Virus record (IMG/VR): IMGVR_UViG_3300036715_002161
Location: 1-64,000 of that record
Direction: 5' to 3' (one strand)
From: a virus
Length of the DNA stretch: 64,000 nt
The position numbers and the translations under genes were made by a program. Positions within the stretch are counted from its first letter, which is position 1; every line of letters begins with the position of its first letter. Shown piece by piece: positions 1-9,638 of the stretch. The notes below the pieces were generated by a model. The model made no database searches. It was not told where the DNA came from and worked only from the letters and a program-made list of their open reading frames with translations.

Positions 1-2
1 CC

Positions 3-3000
3 TTGACCGAGCAGTTCCCTATTGAGAGCAAGAATTATATCTTACAGGTCAGTAATGTAAAAGCAGATCCTAAGAAGTTTACGGCAAATGATGAAAAGAC
101 GGCCATCCTACAATCCAAGTCTTTGACTTATCCAATTAGAGGAGACCTAACCTTGACCTCCAAGGCCACGGGTAAGGTAGTAGACCATATTACAAACTTC
201 CCTCTTATGGATGCCTTCCATATGACCAGTAAGCATACCCTGCTTTACAAAGGCAATAACTATATTGTTTCCAATCTTCTACAACTGCTTCCTGGAGTCT
301 ATACTCGTACCCGTGAAAATACCGGCGAACTAGAGGCCCACTTTAATACTGACAAGGGAGCTTCTTTTAGAATTGTCCTAGAGCCTAAGACTCAGCTTTT
401 CTACTTGGAGGCAGGTAATTCTGCCAACCCTATTGCCCCATTACTGACAAAAGTCTTCGGCCTTTCGGACTCGGAAATAGAAAAATATATACCAAAAGAA
501 GTCTGGGAAAGTAACAAGGTGGCCACAGCCGGTAAAGAAGATAAGATAATCAAAGCTCTTTACTCTAGGATGGTCTATTCTAAGGATCCTAATGTAACCC
601 TCCCCGTAATGATACAGGAACTTAAGGCCTCTATTGAGAAAACTGAACTACACCCTGAGACCACTAAGGCTCTACTCGGCTCTAGTTTCACCAATATTAC
701 TCCGGCGGTCTTCTTGACCACCTTGAAGAACCTGGTGCAGGTTCACAAAGGGGATAGGATTGAAGATAATCGGGATAGTCTTGAATTCAAAAAAGTCCAG
801 AACTTGCCCGACTTCTTAGCCACACGCTTCCGTAAAGGGCAAGAGTCCGTCCAAAGAATAAAGAATAATCTTCATTTCGGACTTGAAAAGATAGATCAGA
901 ATAATCCTAGAATTAGAGATGCCATTCCTAGTAAGCCTTATAGCAAAGTCTATTCTTCCTATTTACAAAAGAGCTCTTTGATCTCTACCCCATCTGAAAC
1001 CAACTCAATTGAGAGTTTGGAAAATGTCGGTAAGGTAACGATTTTGGGGCCTGAAGAGGGCGGTATTGGAGAGGAAAGGGCTGTCCCAATGGCCGCCCGT
1101 AATATCGACCCAAGTCACCTTGGTATTCTTGACCCGGCCCGTACTCCGGAATCTGGTCATGCAGGTATCGACCAAAGATTTGCCATTAATGCCATGAGGG
1201 ATAAGGCTGGCAAGATGTATGCCGAAGTAAAAGACTTGGCAGGTAAAATCAAACACTTGTCTGTTTTGGAAATGATGAGTTCTGTAATTGGATTCCCTGA
1301 TTCAGTAGAAGGAACTACTGTCCAGGCCCAAGATCATGGAGTCCTGAAACGGGTGCCAACCAAGTCAGTCAACTACTGGGTTTCCGACCCTACTTCAATG
1401 TACACCTACACTACTAACCTGGTCCCCTTCCTCAATAGTAACAGTTCGGGTAGATTGACCATGGCCGGTAAGTCTATTCCCCAGGCCCTTTCATTGGTTG
1501 ACCGAGAGGCTCCTTTGGTTCAGACCGTTATGGCCAACAAACAGACTTTTGCACATTACTTGGGAAGAAAGGTCTCTACCACGTCCAAAGTTGGGGGTAT
1601 AGTAGTCAAAGTAAATGATGAAGAAATACATCTCAAGTCTAAAGATGGATCTATAGAAAAAATTAAGGCAGTAAAGAATCTACCATTCAATATGAAGGGG
1701 TTTTTTGATGATGAGAAACCATTGGTATCCCTAGGACAGGATGTTGATAAATATACTGCCGTATATGAAAACAACTATACTAAGGATGGTCATCTTGCCC
1801 TTGGTAAAAACCTGGAAGTAGCCTATCTACCATGGAAAGGTTATAACCACGAAGATGGTATTGTAATATCCAAGGCTGCCGCCGAAGGGTTGAGTAGTCA
1901 CCATGCCTATAAAGTAGACTACGACGTAGTAATTGACACAGTTGCCAAAAAGAATTTGGTCAAACGTTTCTTCCCAGGTAAGTTTACTCCAGAGCAGTTA
2001 GCCAACTTAGACGACTCAGGGTATGCCAAAGTAGGAGTAGTAGTTCACAATGGTGATCCGGTCTATGCAGTCCTGGAAAAAAGAGAGCCTACTCCAGAGG
2101 ATAGAATACTAGGAAAACTACATAAGTTTCTGGTCAACCCCTATAGGCTGGTTACTGAAATATGGTCACATGAGGAACCTGGTTCTGTAGTAGATTCCCA
2201 TACTTCTGGTAACTCAATTCGTATCCTATTGCGAAGTGTAAAACCTTTGGAGATCGGTGATAAGCTCACGGGCCTTCATGGCAATAAGGGTATTGTATCC
2301 TTGATTCTACCTGACTCCAAGATGCCATATAATAAGGATACCGGCAAGACCGTTGACCTACTATTAAACCCGGCCTCTGTGACCAGTCGTATTAACCTAG
2401 GTCAAGTAATGGAAACCGTGGCCAGTAAGATTGCCGAAAAGACCGGTAAGCCTTATATGGTTAAGAATTACAGTAGTAACAGTAATGTAAAGGATCTTTC
2501 TGCCGAGCTTAAGAGCCATGGATTAAAAGACACTGAAAACCTGGTTGATCCTGAATCAGGCAAGGAATATAATAATATACTTAGTGGTAAACAGTATATT
2601 CTTAAATTGTATAAGACCACAGACAGCAATTATTCTGCCAGGAATGTAGGTGGGTATGATGCCGTTGGTCAGCCCGTCAAAGGTGGTGAAGAAGGCTCTA
2701 AGGCCGTGGGTTATATGGAAGTTCTTGGACTACTAGGCTCTAATGCCAGGCATAACCTGAAAGAGATCGGGACCACAAAGTCAGAAAATAACGAAGAGTA
2801 TTGGTCTAAGTTCATTAGAGGTGAAGCCCTGCCTAAGCCACGGTCTACCTTTGCTACTACTAAATTCTTAGACTATTTAAAAGCTTCTGGTGTCAATGTT
2901 AAAATTAGTAAAGACTCTTTGGTGGCTAGTCCTATGACTGACCATGACATCGTGTCTCAGTCAAACGGTGAAATTACTGAACCTTCAATCCTGAATTCCA

Positions 3001-3263
3001 GAAATCTGGAGCCAGAAGAGGGTGGACTATTCGACCAAGTTATTACTGGGGGTTTGAGGGGAAATAAGTGGAGTCACTATAGATTGGCCGAACCAGTTTT
3101 AAATCCTATTTTTGAGAACCCAGTCAAGAGTATCCTAGGATTAAGCACCAAGGAGTTTAATGATATTAACTCTGGTAAGATTGGGGTGGTCAAAAAAGAC
3201 AATAAATTTCATTTGGTTGATACGGTGAACGAGAATAGGTTTATACGGGAAGTTAAACATTAA
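3..3263 (+). CDS. Phage multisubunit RNA polymerase beta subunit fused to the beta' N-terminal segment (5' end may lie outside the window)
   Basis: Beta motifs GDKLTGLHGNKGIVS, LNPASVTSRINLGQ, RTPESG and YILKL; the C-terminal GEITEPSILNSRNLEPEEGGLFDQVITG...HYRLAEPV resembles the beta' N-terminus. Confidence 0.92.
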   Translation: MTEQFPIESKNYILQVSNVKADPKKFTANDEKTAILQSKSLTYPIRGDLTLTSKATGKVVDHITNFPLMDAFHMTSKHTLLYKGNNYIVSNLLQLLPGVYTRTRENTGELEAHFNTDKGASFRIVLEPKTQLFYLEAGNSANPIAPLLTKVFGLSDSEIEKYIPKEVWESNKVATAGKEDKIIKALYSRMVYSKDPNVTLPVMIQELKASIEKTELHPETTKALLGSSFTNITPAVFLTTLKNLVQVHKGDRIEDNRDSLEFKKVQNLPDFLATRFRKGQESVQRIKNNLHFGLEKIDQNNPRIRDAIPSKPYSKVYSSYLQKSSLISTPSETNSIESLENVGKVTILGPEEGGIGEERAVPMAARNIDPSHLGILDPARTPESGHAGIDQRFAINAMRDKAGKMYAEVKDLAGKIKHLSVLEMMSSVIGFPDSVEGTTVQAQDHGVLKRVPTKSVNYWVSDPTSMYTYTTNLVPFLNSNSSGRLTMAGKSIPQALSLVDREAPLVQTVMANKQTFAHYLGRKVSTTSKVGGIVVKVNDEEIHLKSKDGSIEKIKAVKNLPFNMKGFFDDEKPLVSLGQDVDKYTAVYENNYTKDGHLALGKNLEVAYLPWKGYNHEDGIVISKAAAEGLSSHHAYKVDYDVVIDTVAKKNLVKRFFPGKFTPEQLANLDDSGYAKVGVVVHNGDPVYAVLEKREPTPEDRILGKLHKFLVNPYRLVTEIWSHEEPGSVVDSHTSGNSIRILLRSVKPLEIGDKLTGLHGNKGIVSLILPDSKMPYNKDTGKTVDLLLNPASVTSRINLGQVMETVASKIAEKTGKPYMVKNYSSNSNVKDLSAELKSHGLKDTENLVDPESGKEYNNILSGKQYILKLYKTTDSNYSARNVGGYDAVGQPVKGGEEGSKAVGYMEVLGLLGSNARHNLKEIGTTKSENNEEYWSKFIRGEALPKPRSTFATTKFLDYLKASGVNVKISKDSLVASPMTDHDIVSQSNGEITEPSILNSRNLEPEEGGLFDQVITGGLRGNKWSHYRLAEPVLNPIFENPVKSILGLSTKEFNDINSGKIGVVKKDNKFHLVDTVNENRFIREVKH

Positions 3264-3264
3264 A

Positions 3265-4401
3265 ATGAATAATCAAGAACCGAAAGTATCTGGAGAGGCC
3301 TTTAAGGCTCTACTATCAGGTCTAGACCCGGACAAGAAAATAGCAGAGATTACTGAAGAAATCAAGACGGCCAAGTCAATTTCTAAGAAAGACGAACTTA
3401 TTAAGCGTCTTAAGTATGTATCTGGCCTTAAAGGTTCTGGGCTGACGGCAGAAAACGCCTACATTCTAAATAACATACCAGTCTTACCTCCTACTATGCG
3501 TCCTACGGCCATCATGGGAAACCAGGCCAAGTTTGCTGACATTACCAGCATATATAAAGATCATATGCTGGTCAATAAACCTCTGGGTGAAAACAAGGAC
3601 TTATTGGAAAACTCTGAACTGATAAAAGAGAGGACTGATGCCTATAATGGTGTTAAGGCTATAATGGGCCTAGGGGAGGCTATAAGTCCTAATTCCAAGG
3701 GCAGGGGTGCCCGAGGGCTCTTGGCTCAAATCTCTGGCTCTGGAGGCCCTAAGACAGGCCTATTCCACTCTACTTTATTATCTAAAAAACAAGACTTCAG
3801 TGGTAGGGCCACGATTTCGGCAAATCCAGATCTAGGGTTTAACGAGGCAGCCGTGCCTATAGATATGCTGTGGACACTATATAAATTCCATATACTGAGA
3901 GATTTGGCCAAGCAGGGTCTTGATTATGTTACATCAGAAAAGGCTTGGAGTGATCGTAATACAGTAGCAACCAGCAGTTTTAATAAGGTCATAAAAAACA
4001 TACCTATAATTCTGAATAGGGCACCTACTCTTATGAAGTCTAATATAATTGCAATGATGCCTGTCCCGGTGGAGGGTAGTACTATTGGCATAAACCTCCT
4101 ACACCTCCGTTATTTTGCAGGGGATTTCGACGGTGACGCCTTGTCGATATTTTGCCCAATGTCACCAGAGGCTGTTAAAGAGGCCAAGGACAAGCTACTG
4201 CCCCAGCATCAAATGCATGATTACCGACTTGGTTTGGGTAATTCCCTCATAGGACCACAACACGAATCTATCCTAGGATCTTTCCACCTAACCAACCCGG
4301 CTTCTGGAACCCCTACCAAGTTTAAAACTGAGTCTGATGCCTTGAAGGCTTTCCATGCCGGACACCTGGAGGTTAACTCTCCTGTAGAAATTACTGGATG
4401 A
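3265..4401 (+). CDS. RNA polymerase beta' middle fragment (catalytic)
   Basis: IPVLPPTMRP, LLSKKQDFSGRATI, LNRAPTL and catalytic AGDFDGD (NADFDGD variant). Confidence 0.93.
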   Translation: MNNQEPKVSGEAFKALLSGLDPDKKIAEITEEIKTAKSISKKDELIKRLKYVSGLKGSGLTAENAYILNNIPVLPPTMRPTAIMGNQAKFADITSIYKDHMLVNKPLGENKDLLENSELIKERTDAYNGVKAIMGLGEAISPNSKGRGARGLLAQISGSGGPKTGLFHSTLLSKKQDFSGRATISANPDLGFNEAAVPIDMLWTLYKFHILRDLAKQGLDYVTSEKAWSDRNTVATSSFNKVIKNIPIILNRAPTLMKSNIIAMMPVPVEGSTIGINLLHLRYFAGDFDGDALSIFCPMSPEAVKEAKDKLLPQHQMHDYRLGLGNSLIGPQHESILGSFHLTNPASGTPTKFKTESDALKAFHAGHLEVNSPVEITG

Positions 4402-5339
4402 ACCTGGCCCAACGTAAGGCCTCTTTTATAGCCAAGGCCAAGAAGATCTATGGGGATAAATATGAATACGCAAGGTCAGAATACTTTAGGGCCAAGTCCA
4501 AGGTTACGGTAACTTGTAAAAAACACGGTGACTTTAACATTGTGGCCCATAACCTGATTCGTAAACAAGCCTCTTGTCCTAAGTGCGTCTCCCGTAATAA
4601 GTACGTTTCAGGTCCAGAAAGAGAATTGGCCGAATTCATTTCTGGGCTCGGCTTCGAAGTCATTACTAGTGATAGATCAATTCTCAAAGGCTTTGAAATT
4701 GACCTAGTAATACCTGAGGCCAAATTGGCCATCGAGTTTAATGGAATGTATTTCCACAGCCAACAACGTGGCAAAAGACAAGGGTATCACTTATCTAAGA
4801 CTACTAAGGCAGCAGAGGAGGGATATGACCTGATTCATATATGGGAAGACCAATGGAATACTCGTAAGGATCAGGTAAAGGAGTATTTGGTCAGACACCT
4901 TTCTTTTGATGGGCTAAAAAAAACCAGAATCAAGACTGTTACAGAACTCAGTCAAGCCCAGGCTCTCCTTTTTTTAGATCAGAACAGTATACTAGTAGAA
5001 CCACCTGAGTTTGACCGGGCCTTGGGCCTTTTTAAAAATAAGATTATTGTGGCCAGTATAACATTGGCCGACAACAAAATTACAAGCTATACCTTTCAGG
5101 CCACCGCCCCAAGTAATTCCTTGGAGATTCTCCTAAAAGGACTTGGGCCAGTAGAGGTCAACCTAGACAGGTGTCTCCTAGACCAAAAACACTTTATATC
5201 CCTTGGCTTTGAACTGGTAAGGACTAATAAACCAAAACTGTTTGCCTACTCTCTTAAGTCGGGGCTTAGGGAAATAGGTGAGAGAATGGTTAAGATATGG
5301 GATTGTGGGTCAGTCACACTGAGATTAGTTGGCCCTTAA
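4398..5339 (+). CDS. Putative homing endonuclease (Zn-binding N-terminus plus PD-(D/E)XK/Vsr-like domain)
   Basis: YGDKYEY..KVTVTCKKHGDF..CPKC module, then EIDLVIPEAKLAIEFNGMYFH and LIHIWEDQW. Confidence 0.75.
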   Translation: MNLAQRKASFIAKAKKIYGDKYEYARSEYFRAKSKVTVTCKKHGDFNIVAHNLIRKQASCPKCVSRNKYVSGPERELAEFISGLGFEVITSDRSILKGFEIDLVIPEAKLAIEFNGMYFHSQQRGKRQGYHLSKTTKAAEEGYDLIHIWEDQWNTRKDQVKEYLVRHLSFDGLKKTRIKTVTELSQAQALLFLDQNSILVEPPEFDRALGLFKNKIIVASITLADNKITSYTFQATAPSNSLEILLKGLGPVEVNLDRCLLDQKHFISLGFELVRTNKPKLFAYSLKSGLREIGERMVKIWDCGSVTLRLVGP

Positions 5340-5767
5340 ATTGATTTGACCACTACACCGGATTCTTCGAACATTTTTTTTGATATTTCAAAGGAGTCTT
5401 TCCATACCTGTTGTATGTTTAAAATTGATGGGATATAAACTTCTTTGATACCGGCCTGGATAATCAAACCAGCACAAGAGCTACATGGTGGCAGACCCCA
5501 GACTAGAATACTACAATCACAGGTGCTAGAACCGGCCCTGGCAGCATTGGTTATTGCATTGGCCTCAGCATGAACCGTATAGGCATATTTGCTTTCCTTG
5601 TCATAATACCTGTGGCTTAGGTGTTTTACCCCTCTGGGAAAACCATTCCATCCCTGGCTAACAATGTTTAGTCCTTTTCCAAAAATCAAGGCTCCAACTT
5701 TGGTACCAGGATCTACGGACATATTGGAAATGGCCTTGGCCACACCTATAAAATCAGCTATGTTCAT
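5336..5767 (-). CDS. dCMP/deoxycytidylate deaminase (start at MNIADF inferred; ORF is open to 5833)
   Basis: KVGA, GWNG, HAEANAI and PCSSC Zn-binding motifs. Confidence 0.9.
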   Translation of the reverse strand: MNIADFIGVAKAISNMSVDPGTKVGALIFGKGLNIVSQGWNGFPRGVKHLSHRYYDKESKYAYTVHAEANAITNAARAGSSTCDCSILVWGLPPCSSCAGLIIQAGIKEVYIPSILNIQQVWKDSFEISKKMFEESGVVVKSI

Positions 5768-5904
5768 TAATAAATTTCTTCCAGGTTGTGTAACTACGAA
5801 TGAAACTACGGCGATAGCTTGGTAGTTTGGCATGGCTATATTTGATACCGATTAGGCATGACCTATAGATGGCTGCGCTTCTGGAGGCAAAATCTAAGGC
5901 AGCC

Positions 5905-6537
5905 TTAAGTCCCATGTTGTTCAAGATGACTAAGTGACGTGTCTCCATCTGGTTTTCCTAAGATAATATTAAGGGCATGATCTAGAGTGTAGTTTCGGTT
6001 CTTCAGATACCCAGCCATGGCAGAGTGTCCTATCTGTTTGGCCTTTCGTCTCAGGCCTGCCGTCACTCCTGGCTTTTCATAGACCACAAAAACTACCGGG
6101 TCGGTCTCCCCTTTTTTACTGTAAACTAAGTCCATGAAAAAATATGGAAAATATGTGTCACCCTCAAAATACTTATTAATCATAGTGTAGTAGACGAAGT
6201 CAACTAGGTTGGCCTTTAAGGCCTGTTCGTAGATGGTAGCCCCACCAATAATAAAGGTTTCAAGCTCTGGGAAATTACTGGTTTCTTTAATGGCTGCTGC
6301 CAAAGATTTGACCACTATACACCCCGGGGCAATATAGCCCAAGTCTCTAGTAATGACAATATTAATTCTTTTAGGTAAGGCCCCTTTTAGGGATTCATAT
6401 GTCTTCCGGCCCATGATCACTATTTGTCCAATAGTCTTGGCCTTGAAAAAAGCCATGTCCTCTTTAATATCCCAGGGAATCTTGCCTTTGTTGCCTATAA
6501 TACCATTTTCTGATACTGCTACAATTACATTAATCAT
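5905..6537 (-). CDS. folA: Dihydrofolate reductase with a short C-terminal extension
   Basis: NGIIGNKGKIPW, IMGRKTYES, LPKRINIV, IIGGATIY, GDTYFP. Confidence 0.93.
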   Translation of the reverse strand: MINVIVAVSENGIIGNKGKIPWDIKEDMAFFKAKTIGQIVIMGRKTYESLKGALPKRINIVITRDLGYIAPGCIVVKSLAAAIKETSNFPELETFIIGGATIYEQALKANLVDFVYYTMINKYFEGDTYFPYFFMDLVYSKKGETDPVVFVVYEKPGVTAGLRRKAKQIGHSAMAGYLKNRNYTLDHALNIILGKPDGDTSLSHLEQHGT

Positions 6538-6546
6538 TATATCTCC

Positions 6547-6581
6547 AAAAAAAATACTAGGCCGGGCTTGGCCTAGTATTT
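6547..6581 (-). terminator. Intrinsic terminator
   Basis: AAATACTAGGCC/GGCCTAGTATTT stem next to an A run (U tail on -), downstream of ORF 6584..7264. Confidence 0.75.
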
Positions 6582-6583
6582 AC

Positions 6584-7264
6584 TTAAATACTACCGCAAG
6601 AGTTTTTCTTTGGCCATTTTTTGACACTGACAGCTACGGGCTTAATATGCTCCACTATTGCAACAGGTTTGACTGGCTCCACTATTGCAACAGGTTTGAC
6701 TGGCTCCACTACTGTAACAGGTTTGACTGGCTCCACTACTGTAACAGGTTTGACTGGCTCCACTACTGCAATAGGTTTGACTGGCTCCACTACTGCAATA
6801 GGCTCTGGAAATTTATATCCAGGCTGACAACTAGGAGCATCCTTCATCCGCTTAACCTGGCATAGGACCACTATGGAATCTTCCCTCATGCCACGATTCC
6901 AAAGGTCATCAGATAAACGTAGTGATTTACACTCTTCGTCAGACCAACTGGTCCCAAAATTTAACCCAAAGGCGGTCCCAGAGACACCGCCACCAGAAGT
7001 ACCCATACAGACGGCAGTAGGATACGAGATTATTGCTGCCAAGGCTGGGGTGTTTCTGATTGTAACTTTGGCCGGACTGGTATTGGTCAGGGTTACGGAC
7101 TGGTTACCACCAACCTGACTTTGCCCTTGCCCTTGCCCCTGCCCTTGCCCCTGCCCTTGGCTCATTCCAATATCAATGTCCGAAGACATTGACATGTAAT
7201 TCCCAGGTTGGTTGGCCATCGCCCCTGTGGTCAAAAACATTGCAACAATTACTAGATATTTCAT
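6584..7264 (-). CDS. Secreted protein with a (GQ)n tract and 9-aa Pro-rich repeats
   Basis: Signal peptide [17 protein letters not shown]; GQGQGQ; about six VVEPVKP(I/V)(A/T) units. Confidence 0.75.
   Translation of the reverse strand: MKYLVIVAMFLTTGAMANQPGNYMSMSSDIDIGMSQGQGQGQGQGQGQSQVGGNQSVTLTNTSPAKVTIRNTPALAAIISYPTAVCMGTSGGGVSGTAFGLNFGTSWSDEECKSLRLSDDLWNRGMREDSIVVLCQVKRMKDAPSCQPGYKFPEPIAVVEPVKPIAVVEPVKPVTVVEPVKPVTVVEPVKPVAIVEPVKPVAIVEHIKPVAVSVKKWPKKNSCGSI
6640..6803. repeat. 27-bp coding tandem repeat, about 6 copies
   Basis: Unit CCACTA(T/C)TG(C/T)AA(C/T)AGGTTTGACTGGCT. Confidence 0.9.
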
Positions 7265-7267
7265 TTT

Positions 7268-7999
7268 TTATTTCCTTTGAAGTTGATGTAGTGCTTCTAC
7301 TGCCGTCTTTGCCTTACCTTCTCGGATAAGCTTGGCGGCGGCGTACTCTTGTTGAATTATAACACAGGAACCTGAAGAGCATTCATTACTACTATTGAAG
7401 TCCTCTGCCTCTTTAATTGCCTTGCGGTCAGAATCAGTATTGGGGTGGGACAGAAGATTGATAACTTTAATGCTATCGTCTTCGGTCCAATTACCCCAAC
7501 CATTTTCCTCTAGCTTGGCTATTTTCTTTGCCATTACTGACCCAACCTCTGGAGCAATAGTAGCCTTAGGCCGCCTGTCGGCATTAAGTATATCTACTTC
7601 CTCTTGGGTGAACAGGGGGTCAAGTTTCTGGTCTTCTTCCTTAGCATATCTCAACTGCTCCCGGAGATCATCTAACCTATTGGCCTCTGGTACCAGATTG
7701 GGATACATGGTAGTTATCCGCCATCTGTCAGTAAGGCCCGTAAGGTCGGTGGCTGCCTGGAAAAGGGTGTCCACTCTCTTACTATACCCCTCTACAAACA
7801 TTTCTTGTAGATGTGTTTGCCTTAGAGCACTTTGATATTCTGCATCCAGTCTTTTAAGCTCTTCTAAAGATCTAGCCGAGGATATAGGGGCGGGGGCAGG
7901 TTGAGTCGCTTCAGGGGCTGGAGCAGGACCTTGGCCCTGCTCCTGACGAGCACATCCAGAGGCCATTAATGCTATAAGTATTGCGGCTGCCAATTTCAT
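7268..7999 (-). CDS. Lipoprotein
   Basis: MKLAAAILIALMASGC lipobox-like N-terminus; AGGAG RBS. Confidence 0.7.
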   Translation of the reverse strand: MKLAAAILIALMASGCARQEQGQGPAPAPEATQPAPAPISSARSLEELKRLDAEYQSALRQTHLQEMFVEGYSKRVDTLFQAATDLTGLTDRWRITTMYPNLVPEANRLDDLREQLRYAKEEDQKLDPLFTQEEVDILNADRRPKATIAPEVGSVMAKKIAKLEENGWGNWTEDDSIKVINLLSHPNTDSDRKAIKEAEDFNSSNECSSGSCVIIQQEYAAAKLIREGKAKTAVEALHQLQRK

Positions 8000-8038
8000 T
8001 TTACTACTCCTTGAATTGGGTCGATATTGACCTATGTA

Positions 8039-8068
8039 CTTATACCATTTCTGAGGCTAATATCTAGC
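8039..8068 (-). promoter_or_regulatory. Early sigma70-like promoter
   Basis: TAGATA-N16-TATAAG with an extended TG; recurrent motif upstream of - strand units. Confidence 0.65.
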
Positions 8069-8139
8069 CCAGCTTCCTACTATCTTGACAAAGACCAAGG
8101 CTTCAGCCACATTTTCGCCGGGTTGGGCAGTAACCTGGG

Positions 8140-8475
8140 CTATGCATCAGTTTGGTAGTGCGCTGGATAAAATTTTTCAATTATTTTCCTTTTAAAATTA
8201 ATTCCGTCTTTTGTATAAAAATCGGCAGAAATTAAGGCATTCCTCATCCTCTCTCTGCCAACCGGATTGCTAGTCACAAGCTGCACCTTATCAGGTATAA
8301 ACTTATATTTAAGACCCCAGACTAAAATATCATACCCTGACTCATCTGCGCCCAGGTCGTGGTCCAGACATAGACATTTCCACCCACCAAAGGCAAGCAT
8401 TGCTTTACCAGCTCTTGGGGTACGAGCTATAACATCGACATTAAGATTTCTCAGGTCATCAATCAGCAGCCACAT
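8140..8475 (-). CDS. Cyclic-phosphate-processing receiver-like domain protein
   Basis: LLIDDLR...CLDHDLG...GYD...SNPVGR pattern. Confidence 0.65.
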   Translation of the reverse strand: MWLLIDDLRNLNVDVIARTPRAGKAMLAFGGWKCLCLDHDLGADESGYDILVWGLKYKFIPDKVQLVTSNPVGRERMRNALISADFYTKDGINFKRKIIEKFYPAHYQTDA

Positions 8476-8552
8476 TTGACCTCCTTAAAGGTGAGTGAGA
8501 AAATAGGCTACTGCCCAGGCTGATGATGCTATAGCAAATGCTTCTGGCCAAT

Positions 8553-8969
8553 TCATACTAGTCTATTTCTCCGCTTCAAGGCTATCATTCCTAATCCACA
8601 CAAAATCAGTGCATAGGTTTCTGGTTCGGGCACAGCAGTAGTAGGTAGGTAGCAGTAATTAGCCACTACAAATTCCTCAGACCAAGAGTAACTATAGGCA
8701 GTCTGAATTGCGGAAGCCCCGGTTGAGTTAGCCATTACAAATTCCTCAAACCAAGAGTAACTATAGGCAGTCTGAATTGCGGAGGCCCTGGTTGGGTTAG
8801 CCATTACAAATTCTTTAGGCCAAGAGTAACTATAGGCAGTCTGAATTGCGGGGGCCCCGGTTGAGTTAGCCACTACAAATTCTTTAGGCCAAGAGTAACT
8901 ATAGGCAGTCTGAATTGCGGAGGCCACGGTTGAGATTGATAATAGTATTACTGCAAATAAGATTTTCAT
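8553..8969 (-). CDS. PEP-CTERM sorting-domain protein with four 23-aa repeats
   Basis: Signal peptide; C-terminal VPEPETYALILCGLGMIALKRR. Confidence 0.85.
   Translation of the reverse strand: MKILFAVILLSISTVASAIQTAYSYSWPKEFVVANSTGAPAIQTAYSYSWPKEFVMANPTRASAIQTAYSYSWFEEFVMANSTGASAIQTAYSYSWSEEFVVANYCYLPTTAVPEPETYALILCGLGMIALKRRNRLV
8657..8926. repeat. 69-bp coding tandem repeat, 4 copies
   Basis: CCAAGAGTAACTATAGGCAGTCTGAATTGCGG starts at 8682, 8751, 8820 and 8889. Confidence 0.95.
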
Positions 8970-9245
8970 TTTTTAAGCTGTCCAAAATAAGTTTTTCATT
9001 TAGTAAATACCTAGTATACCTGGCAGGAATAACTTTAACATATGCGGGGTATATAGTAAAATATCCGGATGGATTACCCTTTATCCAAATCGATACCCCC
9101 TTAATGTAGTCATATACTGGTTAATGTAGGTGAAACTTTCTCCTGTACTCAATCCCTCTAAAAACCACTGATCAAGATTTTTACTATATTTGTACGGTTG
9201 TATCCAATAAGATGGATGGAATAGTGCAAACAAAAAAGCTTTCAT
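8966..9245 (-). pseudogene. Small phage gene apparently frameshifted at a G5 run (3' end approximate)
   Basis: MKAFLFALFHPSYWIQ... stops at 9081; one more G at 9096-9100 would continue as GVSIWIKGNPSGY...PARYT. Confidence 0.45.
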
Positions 9246-9334
9246 AATACCCTTTCTTTAGAATATCGTACTAACCTATCCCTAAATGGATGTTAACTGG
9301 TCAGTAGAATTTGTTTAAATCTTACCTGTACCCT

Positions 9335-9547
9335 TTAAAGCCCTACCGAATTACATGGGACGTTGGCTATAGAAATAACCTGATATACTATATGGGTTTG
9401 AGAGGAGATGGTGGCATAACAAAGACCATGCTTATCTTTAAAATAGGTAAGTTCCTCTGTAACATCCGAGGCCACACCGGAGCTTACCTTTTCTGAGACA
9501 GTACATGCAGATAGGAGGATTACCCCTAATAAAAATAGTTTGTTCAT
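9335..9547 (-). CDS. Small lipoprotein
   Basis: MNKLFLLGVILLSAC lipobox; AGGAG RBS. Confidence 0.65.
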   Translation of the reverse strand: MNKLFLLGVILLSACTVSEKVSSGVASDVTEELTYFKDKHGLCYATISSQTHIVYQVISIANVPCNSVGL

Positions 9548-9638
9548 AGATCTCTCCTGGGTCGTCAGTAAAATATTTTGTTCATTTAAATTCATCCGTT
9601 ACCTACTTATATCAAATTCAGGCCGTTATATGTAATAT

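Noticed and set aside
3-4401. Bacterial chromosomal rpoBC operon or eukaryotic virus RNAP
   Set aside because: The subunits are short and split, there are no ribosomal protein neighbours, and the context is phage head/tail genes with Shine-Dalgarno sites.
8657-8926. CRISPR-like regular repeats (conserved 32 nt on a 69-bp period)
   Set aside because: The spacers are near-identical, the period is a multiple of 3 inside a signal-peptide/PEP-CTERM ORF, and no cas genes are present.
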